A DNA stretch of 64,000 bases from the NCBI GenBank assembly GCA_029260375.1, contig JAJDDI010000009.1, forward strand, positions 34,275-98,274, written 5' to 3'. This stretch comes from Phycisphaerales bacterium (lineage in GTDB: Bacteria; Planctomycetota; Phycisphaerae; Phycisphaerales; UBA1924). The translations under genes and the position numbers were made by a program. The notes under the pieces were generated by a model that was not told where the DNA came from, ran no database searches, and saw only the letters and a list, made by a program, of their open reading frames with translations. Positions 1-8,061 of this stretch are shown one piece after another; the first letter of the stretch is position 1; every line of letters starts with the position of its first letter.

Positions 1-720
1 CGGGCGCCGATGGAGACGTACATGATGCCCACGCGCCCGCAGTGGGAGCGGCTGACGCGCCGCCTGCTGGGCGAGCGGGCGGGGCCCTACCTGCGGATCG
101 TGCGGGGCGGGTTCGCCGCCGGCGGGCGCGGGGTGTACTTCGACATCGGGCCGCGGGACTCGCTTCTGATTGCGGCGCACGAGGGCTGGCACCAGTACGC
201 GCAGTCCACGTTCGCGGGCACGATGCCCGTGTGGCTCGACGAGGGCGTCGCGACGTACATGGAGGGCTTCCGCTGGGACCCGGCGCAGCCCGACCGGGCG
301 GTGTTCCTGCCCTGGTCCAACCCCGAGCGGTTCGACCGCTTGCGCGAGTCGGTGAGCACGCAGCGGTTGCTGTCGCTCCAGGAGCTGCTGACCACGACGC
401 CGCAGCGTCAGATCCGGCGCGGGTCGTCGGAGATCCTGACGTACTACGCGCAGCTCTGGGCGTTGATTCACTTCCTGCACGAGGGCGAGCAGGGGCGACA
501 CGCCCCAGCGCTGGCCCGCCTGCTGCGCGACGCCGCCGCGGGGTCGCTCGGCCCCGGCAAGGGGCGCGACCTCGACGTGCTGCGTTCGTACTTCGGGAAC
601 CCGCAGGACGGGGACCCGATCGTCGGGCTGGATGCCTCGTACCAGCGGTTCGTGCGGGACATCGCGCGGGCCGGGGCGCGCAACGCGGTGATCGCGGGAC
701 GATCACCAGTCAGTCGCTGA
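1..720 (+). CDS. DUF1570-like / peptidase-MA-like putative zinc metalloprotease, probably 5'-truncated by the window edge
   Basis: ORF 10..720, with the frame open back to base 1. HExxH motif (AAHEGWHQY) followed by LDEGVATYMEG. No signal peptide or TM at the listed Met, so the true start is likely upstream of the window. Confidence 0.55.
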   Translation, partial: RAPMETYMMPTRPQWERLTRRLLGERAGPYLRIVRGGFAAGGRGVYFDIGPRDSLLIAAHEGWHQYAQSTFAGTMPVWLDEGVATYMEGFRWDPAQPDRAVFLPWSNPERFDRLRESVSTQRLLSLQELLTTTPQRQIRRGSSEILTYYAQLWALIHFLHEGEQGRHAPALARLLRDAAAGSLGPGKGRDLDVLRSYFGNPQDGDPIVGLDASYQRFVRDIARAGARNAVIAGRSPVSR

Positions 721-2770
721 TCGCGACCTCATCGGCTCGATCCGACGGCACGCCCATGTAGGTCAGGGCACGATCGGTCACGCGCCGGACGACTGGGCCG
801 GCGACGGACGAGCCGTAGTGCTCGCGCACGCGGACGCGCGACGGGCCGGGGTCGTCGATGACGACGAGGACGACGATCTCGGGGTGCTGCGCGGGGGCGG
901 CGGCGATGAAGCTGGAGTTGTACTGGCTCTGGTAGTAGCCGCCGGCGCCGCGCGGACGCTTCTTGCCAGGCGGGGGCACGCAGGGGATCTGGGCGGTGCC
1001 GGACTTTCCGAACATGCTGTAGCGGGGCTCGGGCTCGTCCGGGTGTTTACGCTTGAGTTTCTCGTCGAGGCGCTCGGCCACGCCCAGCATGCCCGAGCGG
1101 GCCAATACCGCGACCTCGGGCGGGAGCACGCGGACGATGATGCCCGCGCGTGAGGCGTCGCCCTCGTCGGCGACGAGCGTGAGGCGGGGCAGCGTGCCGG
1201 CCAGCTCGCCCGAGCGGGCGAAGGCGCTGAACGCGCGGACCATCTGCACCGGGGTCACGCCGATCTCGTGCCCGATCGAGACGTACGTTTGCGAGTACAG
1301 CGTCCAGTCCTTGGCGCTGGTCACGATGCCCGTGGACTCGCCGGGCAGGCCCAGGTCGGTCCTCGTGCCGAACCCGAACCGGGCGACGGCGTTCTGGAGC
1401 TGCTTCTCGCTCATGCGCTCGGAGAGCTTGGCCATGCCGATGTTGGACGAGAACTTGAGCACGTCGTGCCAGCTCAGCTCGTGTCGGAATGTGACGTCCT
1501 CGACCGTGCGCCCGCACTGGGTCTTGTAGAGGTTGAACTCGTGCTTGAGGATCTCGTCGCCGTCGATGAGGCCCGCCTCCCAGCCGGCGGACCAGACGAA
1601 TGGCTTAAAGGTTGAGCCCGGTTCGTAGAGGTCCTCGACGCAGCGGTTGCGCCCGAGGGCGGGGTGGATGTCACGGCGCGGGTCTTCGATCGAGGTGATG
1701 TAGCGCGGTCGGTCGCGTTCGTCGCGCGGGAGCTCGCCGTGGGGCGAGGTCCACTCGCCGGTGGTCTCGTCCTTCTCGAGCCACGGGAAGGGCTTGGCGT
1801 CGGGGACTTCGCGCAGCAGGTCGGCCATCGCCAGGACCTCGCCCGTGCTGGGGTTGAGCATAACCAATCGCCCGCCGGTGGCGTCGGCCTCCTCGACGCC
1901 CCGGCGCAGCTCTTCGATCGCGATGCGCTGCAGCTCCAGATCGAGCGAGAGCCTGACGGACTCGCCCGAGTTTCCCGCGTTCCAGGCGCCGCGCTCAACC
2001 CAGAGCGGGCGACCCCACGCGTCGCGGACATAGCGGGCTCGCCCGTCGGACTCGCGGAGGCGTTCGTCGAGCAGCTTCTCGGCGCCCATGAGCCCCATCT
2101 GGTCGAGGGACGCGTCACGCAGCCCGGCCTTACCCACGATCGACGCCGCGGCAAGCCCGCCCGGGTACTCACGCATCGGGCGGCGCTCGAGCCAGACGCC
2201 CGGGAGGTTCATCGCCTCGATCGCGTGGGCCTGGGCGAGATTCATCTCGCTGCCGATGGGGATGTACCGAACGAGCGCGGAAGCGGACTGCTCGGGTGGG
2301 GCGACGGGCTCGTTGGGCGCGGCGTTCTTGATGCCGAGGCGACGCTCGACCGCTCTGATCAGGTCGTCGAGCGGCCGACTCTCGCCGGTCGGGGCGGCGG
2401 CGCGGCGCTGGTCGTTGACGATCATGCGGCTCATGACTTTGGCGCCCACTGCGTCGGGCTCGAGCCCAAGCGACTCGCTGAGCGCGACGATGACGGCGCC
2501 CGGGTCCTGGGGCAGGCGTTCGGGATCGACGATCACGCGGTAGCCGTAGAGCGAGGTCGAGAGCGCCCGCCCGCGTCGGTCGAGCAGGTCGCCCCGGGAG
2601 GACTCAAGCGGGGTCCCGCTCGTGCGGCTGGCGACGTGCGCCGCAAGACGGGCGCCGGGGGCGACCTGGAGCTGGACGATCCGACCGATCAGCACCGCGA
2701 ACAACAGCGTGGCGCCGACGGCGAACAGGCGGGTGACCGCGTCGACACGGGAGGGTGACGCACCGGTCAT
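710..2770 (-). CDS. ftsI: Class B penicillin-binding protein / peptidoglycan D,D-transpeptidase (FtsI-like)
   Basis: ORF 710..3088. Transpeptidase motifs STFKP (SxxK), SSN (SxN) and KSGTA (K[ST]G). N-terminal TM LFAVGATLLFAVLIGRIV. Start placed at Met107 (ATG ending at 2770), because the upstream Arg/Pro-rich part overlaps the ftsL-like ORF in another frame. ATGA stop/start overlap at 2767-2770. Confidence 0.85.
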   Translation of the reverse strand: MTGASPSRVDAVTRLFAVGATLLFAVLIGRIVQLQVAPGARLAAHVASRTSGTPLESSRGDLLDRRGRALSTSLYGYRVIVDPERLPQDPGAVIVALSESLGLEPDAVGAKVMSRMIVNDQRRAAAPTGESRPLDDLIRAVERRLGIKNAAPNEPVAPPEQSASALVRYIPIGSEMNLAQAHAIEAMNLPGVWLERRPMREYPGGLAAASIVGKAGLRDASLDQMGLMGAEKLLDERLRESDGRARYVRDAWGRPLWVERGAWNAGNSGESVRLSLDLELQRIAIEELRRGVEEADATGGRLVMLNPSTGEVLAMADLLREVPDAKPFPWLEKDETTGEWTSPHGELPRDERDRPRYITSIEDPRRDIHPALGRNRCVEDLYEPGSTFKPFVWSAGWEAGLIDGDEILKHEFNLYKTQCGRTVEDVTFRHELSWHDVLKFSSNIGMAKLSERMSEKQLQNAVARFGFGTRTDLGLPGESTGIVTSAKDWTLYSQTYVSIGHEIGVTPVQMVRAFSAFARSGELAGTLPRLTLVADEGDASRAGIIVRVLPPEVAVLARSGMLGVAERLDEKLKRKHPDEPEPRYSMFGKSGTAQIPCVPPPGKKRPRGAGGYYQSQYNSSFIAAAPAQHPEIVVLVVIDDPGPSRVRVREHYGSSVAGPVVRRVTDRALTYMGVPSDRADEVAISD

Positions 2771-3102
2771 GGCAGGGGCCCGCCGTCGAGCGGCCGGAGC
2801 GCTGGCGCCATCGCCTCGTGCGTTTCGCCGTAGTACTGCGGCGCCTCGAGGTGGATCAGCCCGTCCTGGCTGGGGCGGAGCGGGGCGTTGATGGATCGCT
2901 CGGTCATGGCGCGCACGGTCTCGGGGTTCGAGAGGGCCGCGATCTGGGCCCGGAGCTCGCGGAGGCGCTGCTCGTGCTCGCGCACACGCAGGCGGGACTC
3001 GGCCAGCTCGTGGGCCGCCTGGAGGCGTGACTGGCGCATCGCCAGCACCCCGCCGGAGCAGGACCCGAACACGAGAATCAGGACGCACAGCTTTGCGAAC
3101 AC
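2767..3102 (-). CDS. ftsL: FtsL-like small bitopic cell-division protein
   Basis: 111-aa ORF directly upstream of ftsI and coupled to it. N-terminal TM (LCVLILVFGSCSGGVLA) followed by a coiled-coil-like Arg/Glu/Leu stretch. GTG start at 3102 preceded by AGGAG about 8 nt upstream. Confidence 0.55.
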   Translation of the reverse strand: MFAKLCVLILVFGSCSGGVLAMRQSRLQAAHELAESRLRVREHEQRLRELRAQIAALSNPETVRAMTERSINAPLRPSQDGLIHLEAPQYYGETHEAMAPALRPLDGGPLP

Positions 3103-3121
3103 GCCGAACTCCTGGCTGCGA

Positions 3122-4123
3122 TCAGCTCGCGGGGATCCGCAGGGTCATGCCCACGCGGATCTCGTCGGCGTCCGAGATCTTGTCCGAGTTGAGCGTGATG
3201 ATCTCGTCCATCCGCCTGACCGTGCCCAGCAGGCGCTGGCTGATCTGGCCCAGCGTGTCGCCCGGCTCGACGGTGTACTCGCTCGCCTTGCGCGGGGTCG
3301 GCTCGCGACGCTCGGTCCTGGCATCGGCGATGGGCCTTGGCGTCGCGTCGATGCTCGTCGGGCGTTTGGCGTCCGCGGGCATGCGCAGACGCAGCCCGAT
3401 GCGGAGCACGCTGCCGTTGGACAGGCGGTCCTTGTTCAGATCGCGGATCTCCTGCCAGCGCCCGCCCGAGCCGAGTTGCTTCTGGGCGATCGAGTAGAGC
3501 GAGTCGTTCTCGCGGACGTGGTACTCCCAGGGCGTGGGGAGCGCGGGCTCAGCCTGGAGCGAGCGTTCGGTCGTTCTCGTGGTATCACGGGCCGGATAGG
3601 GAGCGATGCTCGCCGGCTGGGCCAGGGGCACGAAGTTGACGCCCCGATCGCGCCCGGCGTTGATCAGGTTCTGGTTGTTGGCCCGCGGCCCGCCCAGGGC
3701 GATCGCGTCGTCGTTCAGGCTCGGGCTGCCCTGCTCGATGAGCAACGGCGTGTCCTGGAAGGAGCGATCCGCGACGGGCGACTCGCGCTCCGGGATCGAT
3801 CGGTCACGCGTGGTCCGATCGCTGGCCGCCAGGGCGTCGTTGATGAGCCCGGTCGAGGGGCGCGGGTCGCTCCACGGGGTGTTGGTAAACGCTGGCGCGG
3901 TGGTCGCGGGCCTGGCAGCGATGGGCGTCGTCTCATCCGAGACCAGCGGCTCGGTCGGTATGAACTCGCTGGCGCGGCTGACGCCGACGCTGCCGATCTC
4001 CTGCTCGTTGAGATCGCGTAGCTGGGCCTGGCGGGCCTTGGAGAAGTGATCGCTGACGAGCACCCCCACGACGAGGATGACCGAGAATCCAACGATGAGC
4101 GCGAGCTTATTCTCTCGGGTCAC
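3122..4123 (-). CDS. Membrane-anchored protein with two C-terminal LysM domains
   Basis: ORF 3122..4330. LysM-like repeats YHVRENDSLYSIAQKQLG...LRMP and YTVEPGDTLGQISQRLLG...LRIP. TM LALIVGFSVILVVGVLV. Start placed at GTG 4123 (AAGGA about 9 nt upstream), because the longer ORF runs into the rsmH 3' end. Confidence 0.7.
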   Translation of the reverse strand: MTRENKLALIVGFSVILVVGVLVSDHFSKARQAQLRDLNEQEIGSVGVSRASEFIPTEPLVSDETTPIAARPATTAPAFTNTPWSDPRPSTGLINDALAASDRTTRDRSIPERESPVADRSFQDTPLLIEQGSPSLNDDAIALGGPRANNQNLINAGRDRGVNFVPLAQPASIAPYPARDTTRTTERSLQAEPALPTPWEYHVRENDSLYSIAQKQLGSGGRWQEIRDLNKDRLSNGSVLRIGLRLRMPADAKRPTSIDATPRPIADARTERREPTPRKASEYTVEPGDTLGQISQRLLGTVRRMDEIITLNSDKISDADEIRVGMTLRIPAS

Positions 4124-4266
4124 GGCGGCGCGTCCTTGCGTCCGGTCGCCCGACACACCGCTCCGCGGGCGCCGGCGAGAAGTCAGTTTCGTCCCCCGTC
4201 CTTGGGGGGCGTGAGCGTACACGCTCGAATCTGGCGCCGGGGCTCTCACCCCGATCCGCCCACCGC

Positions 4267-5295
4267 TTATCCCCCGCCGATCGCGATCGCGCGGAGCTTG
4301 GCCGACCTGGCCCTCGGGTTGCGCTCGCACTCGTCCTGGCCCGGACGAACCGGCTTGCGCGTCAGCGCCGTCGCGTGCCAGTCCTCACACATCGACGCGA
4401 AGGCGCGCTTCACGGGCCTGTCCTCAAGACTGTGAAAGGAGATGAACACCACACGCGCTCCCGGCTTGAGCCACGACCCGACACCCGACGACACGTCCCT
4501 CGCGGCACGGACCACGCTGGCGAGCAGCGAGTCCAGGCTGCCGATCTCGTCGTTGACGGCGATCCGCAGGGCCTGGAAGGTCCGAGTCGCCGGGTCGATC
4601 CGCGAGCCCCCGCCCCGCCCCGGGAAGGGGCAGGCCGAGCGCACGATCTCGCCCAGGCGCGTCGTGGTGTCAATCGGCCCTTCGCCCCTAGCCTCGACAA
4701 CTTTCCGCGCGATGCGCCGGGCGTTGCGGTCCTCGCCGAACCGCCAGATCAGGTCGGCCAGCTCGCGCTCGGGCAGGGTGTTGACCAGTTCGCCCGCCGT
4801 GACGGGGGATGTCGGGTCCAGACGCATGTCCAGCGGGCCTTCGCGCCGGAAGCTCAGGCCCCGGGCAGGGTCGTCAACCTGTGGGGAGGCGAACCCGAGA
4901 TCGGCCAGGAGCATGTCCCCGCTGATCCCCTGTTTGGCCAGCGTGCGGGGCAGGCGGGCGAAGCCGTCGTGGACTGCCAGGACCGACGCGGCTGTTGGGT
5001 CGGAGGGGTTCAGGCCCCCCCGGACGCTGGCCTCGGCCCGGGCCAGGTTGCCCGCGTCCAGGTCGTTGAGGACCACCGTGCCCGTCGGCCCGAGCACCCG
5101 GGCGACGCCCGCGGCGTGCCCGCCTAGGCCCGCGGTGCAGTCGATCAGGGTCTGCCCGGGCTCGGGGGCGAGGGCGGCAAGGGTCTCCTCGAAGAGGACG
5201 GGGATGTGCTCGAGGTCGCTGATGGCTGATTGTTCGCCCGAAAGAGACAGCGATATAGAATCCTGCCTTGGAATATCAACCAGACACTCCAGCAA
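4267..5295 (-). CDS. rsmH: 16S rRNA (cytosine1402-N4)-methyltransferase RsmH/MraW
   Basis: HIPVLFEETL...LIDCTAGLGGHA...ISFHSLEDR, the characteristic RsmH motifs. Sits at the head of the dcw-type gene string. Confidence 0.9.
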   Translation of the reverse strand: MLECLVDIPRQDSISLSLSGEQSAISDLEHIPVLFEETLAALAPEPGQTLIDCTAGLGGHAAGVARVLGPTGTVVLNDLDAGNLARAEASVRGGLNPSDPTAASVLAVHDGFARLPRTLAKQGISGDMLLADLGFASPQVDDPARGLSFRREGPLDMRLDPTSPVTAGELVNTLPERELADLIWRFGEDRNARRIARKVVEARGEGPIDTTTRLGEIVRSACPFPGRGGGSRIDPATRTFQALRIAVNDEIGSLDSLLASVVRAARDVSSGVGSWLKPGARVVFISFHSLEDRPVKRAFASMCEDWHATALTRKPVRPGQDECERNPRARSAKLRAIAIGGG

Positions 5296-5789
5296 ATGAC
5301 CCGGGCCACGCCGTCCGCCTCGGGAGGGCGACGAATGAGGCGACCGCCCACATCATTGCTCAGGCGATTGAGAACGCGGGATACCGAGTTCGGGTCGCAG
5401 GCTTCGAAACCATCGCCTCGCAGATCGTGCCCGGTAGCAGTCAGTTCACGATCGAGGTGCTGGTGCTGGAGGGTGATTACGACAACGCTCGGGCGATACT
5501 CGAACAGGCGATGATCGGCGATCTCGCGGTTGACACCAAAAATCGTTGCGTGATCTGTAGGTACGACATGACCGGCGCCGTATCCGCGATCTGCCCAGAG
5601 TGTGGAACTGATCTTGAGGCTTTGGGAGGCGTACGTCGTAGCTTCCTGATCGACCCGCCCCCTGGAGATCACAGCCTGCTACGGAATCCCGGCGCCATGC
5701 TCGGCCTGCTCGTACTCCTCATGCTCCCCGTTTCATGCGTGGGCTACGCGCTCTATGAGTTGATCGCCACACTAATCGAGGAACTCTGA
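5268..5789 (+). CDS. DUF2007-like domain + C-x2-C...CPECG zinc ribbon + C-terminal TM protein
   Basis: 173-aa ORF with a TTG start that overlaps the rsmH start by 28 nt, so the start is uncertain. Zinc ribbon CVICRYDMTGAVSAICPECGTDL. C-terminal TM MLGLLVLLMLPVSCVGYALY. Visibly lower GC than its flanks. Confidence 0.6.
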   Translation: MEYQPDTPANDPGHAVRLGRATNEATAHIIAQAIENAGYRVRVAGFETIASQIVPGSSQFTIEVLVLEGDYDNARAILEQAMIGDLAVDTKNRCVICRYDMTGAVSAICPECGTDLEALGGVRRSFLIDPPPGDHSLLRNPGAMLGLLVLLMLPVSCVGYALYELIATLIEEL

Positions 5790-5794
5790 ATGGC

Positions 5795-6190
5795 ATGAGC
5801 AAATCCACGCCTCCCAGCTTTGAGATGGTCGTGCTGACAACCTGCGACACGCACGACGAGGCGGCGCTGATCCGTTACGGGCTCAAGCTGCGCCAGATCC
5901 CGAGTGATCTCAGCGTGCCGCGGGCATCGCTTCTGCCCACGCGAACGCCCAGGCCCATCGAGGTGCGGGTGCCTCGTGAGAGTCTGGAGCGGGCTCAGGG
6001 CGCGATCCAGTACATCGCGGGCGCCGTGCACGGGGATGGGGTCGCGATCACACCGGATTTCCGCTGCGCGATCTGCGGGTACGACATGACGGGGCTCGGA
6101 TCACAGACGATCTGCCCCGAGTGCGGGACGGACCTGGCGTCGGAGAGCGCAAAGAAGATGGCCAGGCGCCGACTCCCGCCGGACGCCTGA
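5795..6190 (+). CDS. DUF2007-like domain + C-x2-C...CPECG zinc ribbon protein (tandem paralog of 5268..5789)
   Basis: 131-aa ORF. CAICGYDMTGLGSQTICPECGTDL. Same architecture as the upstream gene. Confidence 0.6.
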   Translation: MSKSTPPSFEMVVLTTCDTHDEAALIRYGLKLRQIPSDLSVPRASLLPTRTPRPIEVRVPRESLERAQGAIQYIAGAVHGDGVAITPDFRCAICGYDMTGLGSQTICPECGTDLASESAKKMARRRLPPDA

Positions 6191-6206
6191 CCACTTCTCA
6201 TCGTCA

Positions 6207-6422
6207 TCACATCTCCGGCGGGCTGCGTTCGTGCGTCCCCCACTCGCTGGGGAGCGCGAGCCCGCGCCGGGCGCGCTCGCGGGGGGACTGCCGCAGCGCG
6301 GCGCAGCGCCGCCCGCCGGTCTGCTCGCCCGGCGCTCGCCCGGCGGGACGCCGGCGTGTGAGAAGGAACATCGCCAGGGACATCGACGCCCCCATCAGCT
6401 CGGTCATTTCGTGTGCGCGCAT
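6207..6422 (-). CDS. Candidate small ORF (71 aa, hydrophobic N-terminus, Arg-rich tail)
   Basis: ATG at 6422 preceded by AAGGAG (6431-6436, minus strand) with an 8-nt spacer. Third-codon positions are mostly G/C. No homology recognised. Confidence 0.25.
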   Translation of the reverse strand: MRAHEMTELMGASMSLAMFLLTRRRPAGRAPGEQTGGRRCAALRQSPRERARRGLALPSEWGTHERSPPEM

Positions 6423-6462
6423 GGATAGCGCTCCTTTGTTGGGTGTGCAAAGGTGGGTCAGG

Positions 6463-6501
6463 GCAAAACGAAACAGGCCCCGGGGGAACACCCCCGGGGC
6501 C
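6463..6501 (-). terminator. Intrinsic terminator-like hairpin (11-bp perfect stem, 4-nt loop) plus T-rich tail on the minus strand
   Basis: ggccccggggg-aaca-cccccggggcc at 6476-6501. On the minus strand it is followed by ctgtttcgttttgc. Confidence 0.55.
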
Positions 6502-6528
6502 TGCGGAAATCACGGGATTTCGGCTCGG

Positions 6529-6648
6529 CTACCGCATCGGGGGCCTCGTGCTGTCGTTGGTATCAGCGTCCTTGGACGGGTACAGACCCAGTTCCATGGC
6601 GCGAACAAACGCGAGCGGGGCGGAGGTTTGGATCGTGTGGTCGTTCAT
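6529..6648 (-). CDS. Candidate small ORF (39 aa: MNDHTIQTSAPLAFVRAMELGLYPSKDADTNDSTRPPMR)
   Basis: Not in the ORF track because it is too short. ATG at 6648 with AAGGAG 5-6 nt upstream. Stop codon at 6529-6531, about 28 nt before the terminator hairpin. GC-rich third positions. Confidence 0.35.
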   Translation of the reverse strand: MNDHTIQTSAPLAFVRAMELGLYPSKDADTNDSTRPPMR

Positions 6649-6712
6649 CGGCCGCTCCTTTCGCGTGTGCTTGGGACTCGTGATGCGGGGTGAACACCCC
6701 GCCGTGATTCGG

Positions 6713-6740
6713 AAGATACGCGTTCATCGGGCGGTGTCAA
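6713..6740 (-). promoter_or_regulatory. Sigma-70-like promoter candidate (TTGACA-16 nt-TATCTT) for the small-ORF unit
   Basis: Minus-strand TTGACA at 6740-6735 and TATCTT at 6718-6713. A GC hairpin (gcggggtg..caccccgc, about 6685-6702) follows in the putative leader. Confidence 0.3.
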
Positions 6741-6782
6741 CCGCGCAACGCATAAAACCCGAAAAAGAATGCACGGAACATC

Positions 6783-7919
6783 TTACGTAGACCCGGGCCA
6801 GCCGGCCTGCTTGAAGCGCCCCGCCTCATGGAAGACCTCGCCGTCGGCGCAGATCGAACCACCCCGACGCAGGTCGCAGACCATGTCCCAGTGCAGCGCG
6901 GAATCGTTGGTGTTGCCGCTCTCGGGGTAGCCCGCGCCGACCGCGGCGTGGAACGTGCCGCCGATCTTCTCGTCGAAGAGTGTGTTCTTGGAGAACTCCC
7001 TGATCGCGTAGTTGGTTCCGATGGCGATCTCGCCAAGGCTGCGCGCCCCCTCGTCCTGGTCAAGCATCGCGAAGAGGTACGCCTCGTTCTTCCTGGCGCT
7101 CGCGTCCACGACGCGCCCGCCCTTGAAGACCAGTCGCACGCCCTCGACCTCGCGCCCGTCGTAGACGCAGGGGAATGTGTAGTTGACGTGCCCATCGGCG
7201 CCCTGGGGACCGGTGAAGACCTCGCCGTCGGGGAAGTTCTGGTCGCCGAAGCAGTTGATCCACGTGCCGCCGGCGACGGGAACGCGCAGGTCCGTGCCGT
7301 CGTGATCGTCGTTTGCGGGCGCCCGGAAGTGGAGCTCCTTCCTGGGCTGAAGGAAGTCGCAGACGCGCTGCTGCGACTGACGGAGCTTTCCCCACGCCGC
7401 GGCGGGGTCGTCCAGGTGCAGCAGGCCCGCCTCGAAGACGAACTTCTCGTACTGCGAGAGGCTCATCTCGGCGTCCTGCGCCGAGGCCTGTGTGGGCATG
7501 AGCGTGCCGACCCAGCGGAGGGACCCGTCGGCGACACGATCCATGAACCGCTTCATCACGGGCTTGTAGGTCTGTCTGGCCGCGGCGGAGCGGGCGGGAT
7601 CGATCCGGCTGCTCGCCTTGGTGTTCGTCTCAGACCAGAACCCGATCTGCACATCGACCTTCTCGACGAAGTCGATCCGCAGCGGGTTGAGGTGGGCGAT
7701 CTGCTCGTCGGACCCGTGCTCGAGCAGCAGCTCGTCGAGCGAGTGTGCCGCGGGGCGCCAGAACGGATGCCCCCCGGCCTTGAGTACCGCCTCGAACACG
7801 GCCTCGACCGCGGGCATGGCGATCGGGTCCGCGGCGATGCCAACGAGATCGCCCTTGCGGACCCTCGTTGAGTAGCGAACGAGCACGTCGGCGAGCCTGT
7901 CGAGTCGTTGGTCCCGCAT
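6783..7919 (-). CDS. M29-family aminopeptidase (AmpS/PepS-like)
   Basis: 378-aa ORF. The N-terminus MRDQRLDRLADVLVRYSTRVRKGDLV... and the overall pattern are typical of thermophilic-metalloprotease M29 aminopeptidases. Confidence 0.8.
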   Translation of the reverse strand: MRDQRLDRLADVLVRYSTRVRKGDLVGIAADPIAMPAVEAVFEAVLKAGGHPFWRPAAHSLDELLLEHGSDEQIAHLNPLRIDFVEKVDVQIGFWSETNTKASSRIDPARSAAARQTYKPVMKRFMDRVADGSLRWVGTLMPTQASAQDAEMSLSQYEKFVFEAGLLHLDDPAAAWGKLRQSQQRVCDFLQPRKELHFRAPANDDHDGTDLRVPVAGGTWINCFGDQNFPDGEVFTGPQGADGHVNYTFPCVYDGREVEGVRLVFKGGRVVDASARKNEAYLFAMLDQDEGARSLGEIAIGTNYAIREFSKNTLFDEKIGGTFHAAVGAGYPESGNTNDSALHWDMVCDLRRGGSICADGEVFHEAGRFKQAGWPGST

Positions 7920-8061
7920 GGGGGTCTCCGGGGCTGATCATTGGGTCCGGCAGAGGATACAGGCCCCGGGCGGTCGAGTGGCTCTAGACTTGTCACCCCG
8001 GCTGCGTGTGGCGGCCAACACCTCATTCGCTGATTGCGCCCAGGCGCAGACGGGAGTCCCC

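Noticed and set aside
2771-3088. 106-aa N-terminal extension of the PBP ORF.
   Set aside because: It is an Arg/Pro-rich non-globular sequence and is fully overlapped by the ftsL-like ORF. That ORF has its own SD and an ATGA junction to Met107 of the PBP.
4124-4330. Longer version of the LysM-protein ORF.
   Set aside because: It would overlap the 3' end of rsmH and encodes a basic, low-complexity sequence. GTG 4123 has an SD-like AAGGA and sits right before the TM segment.
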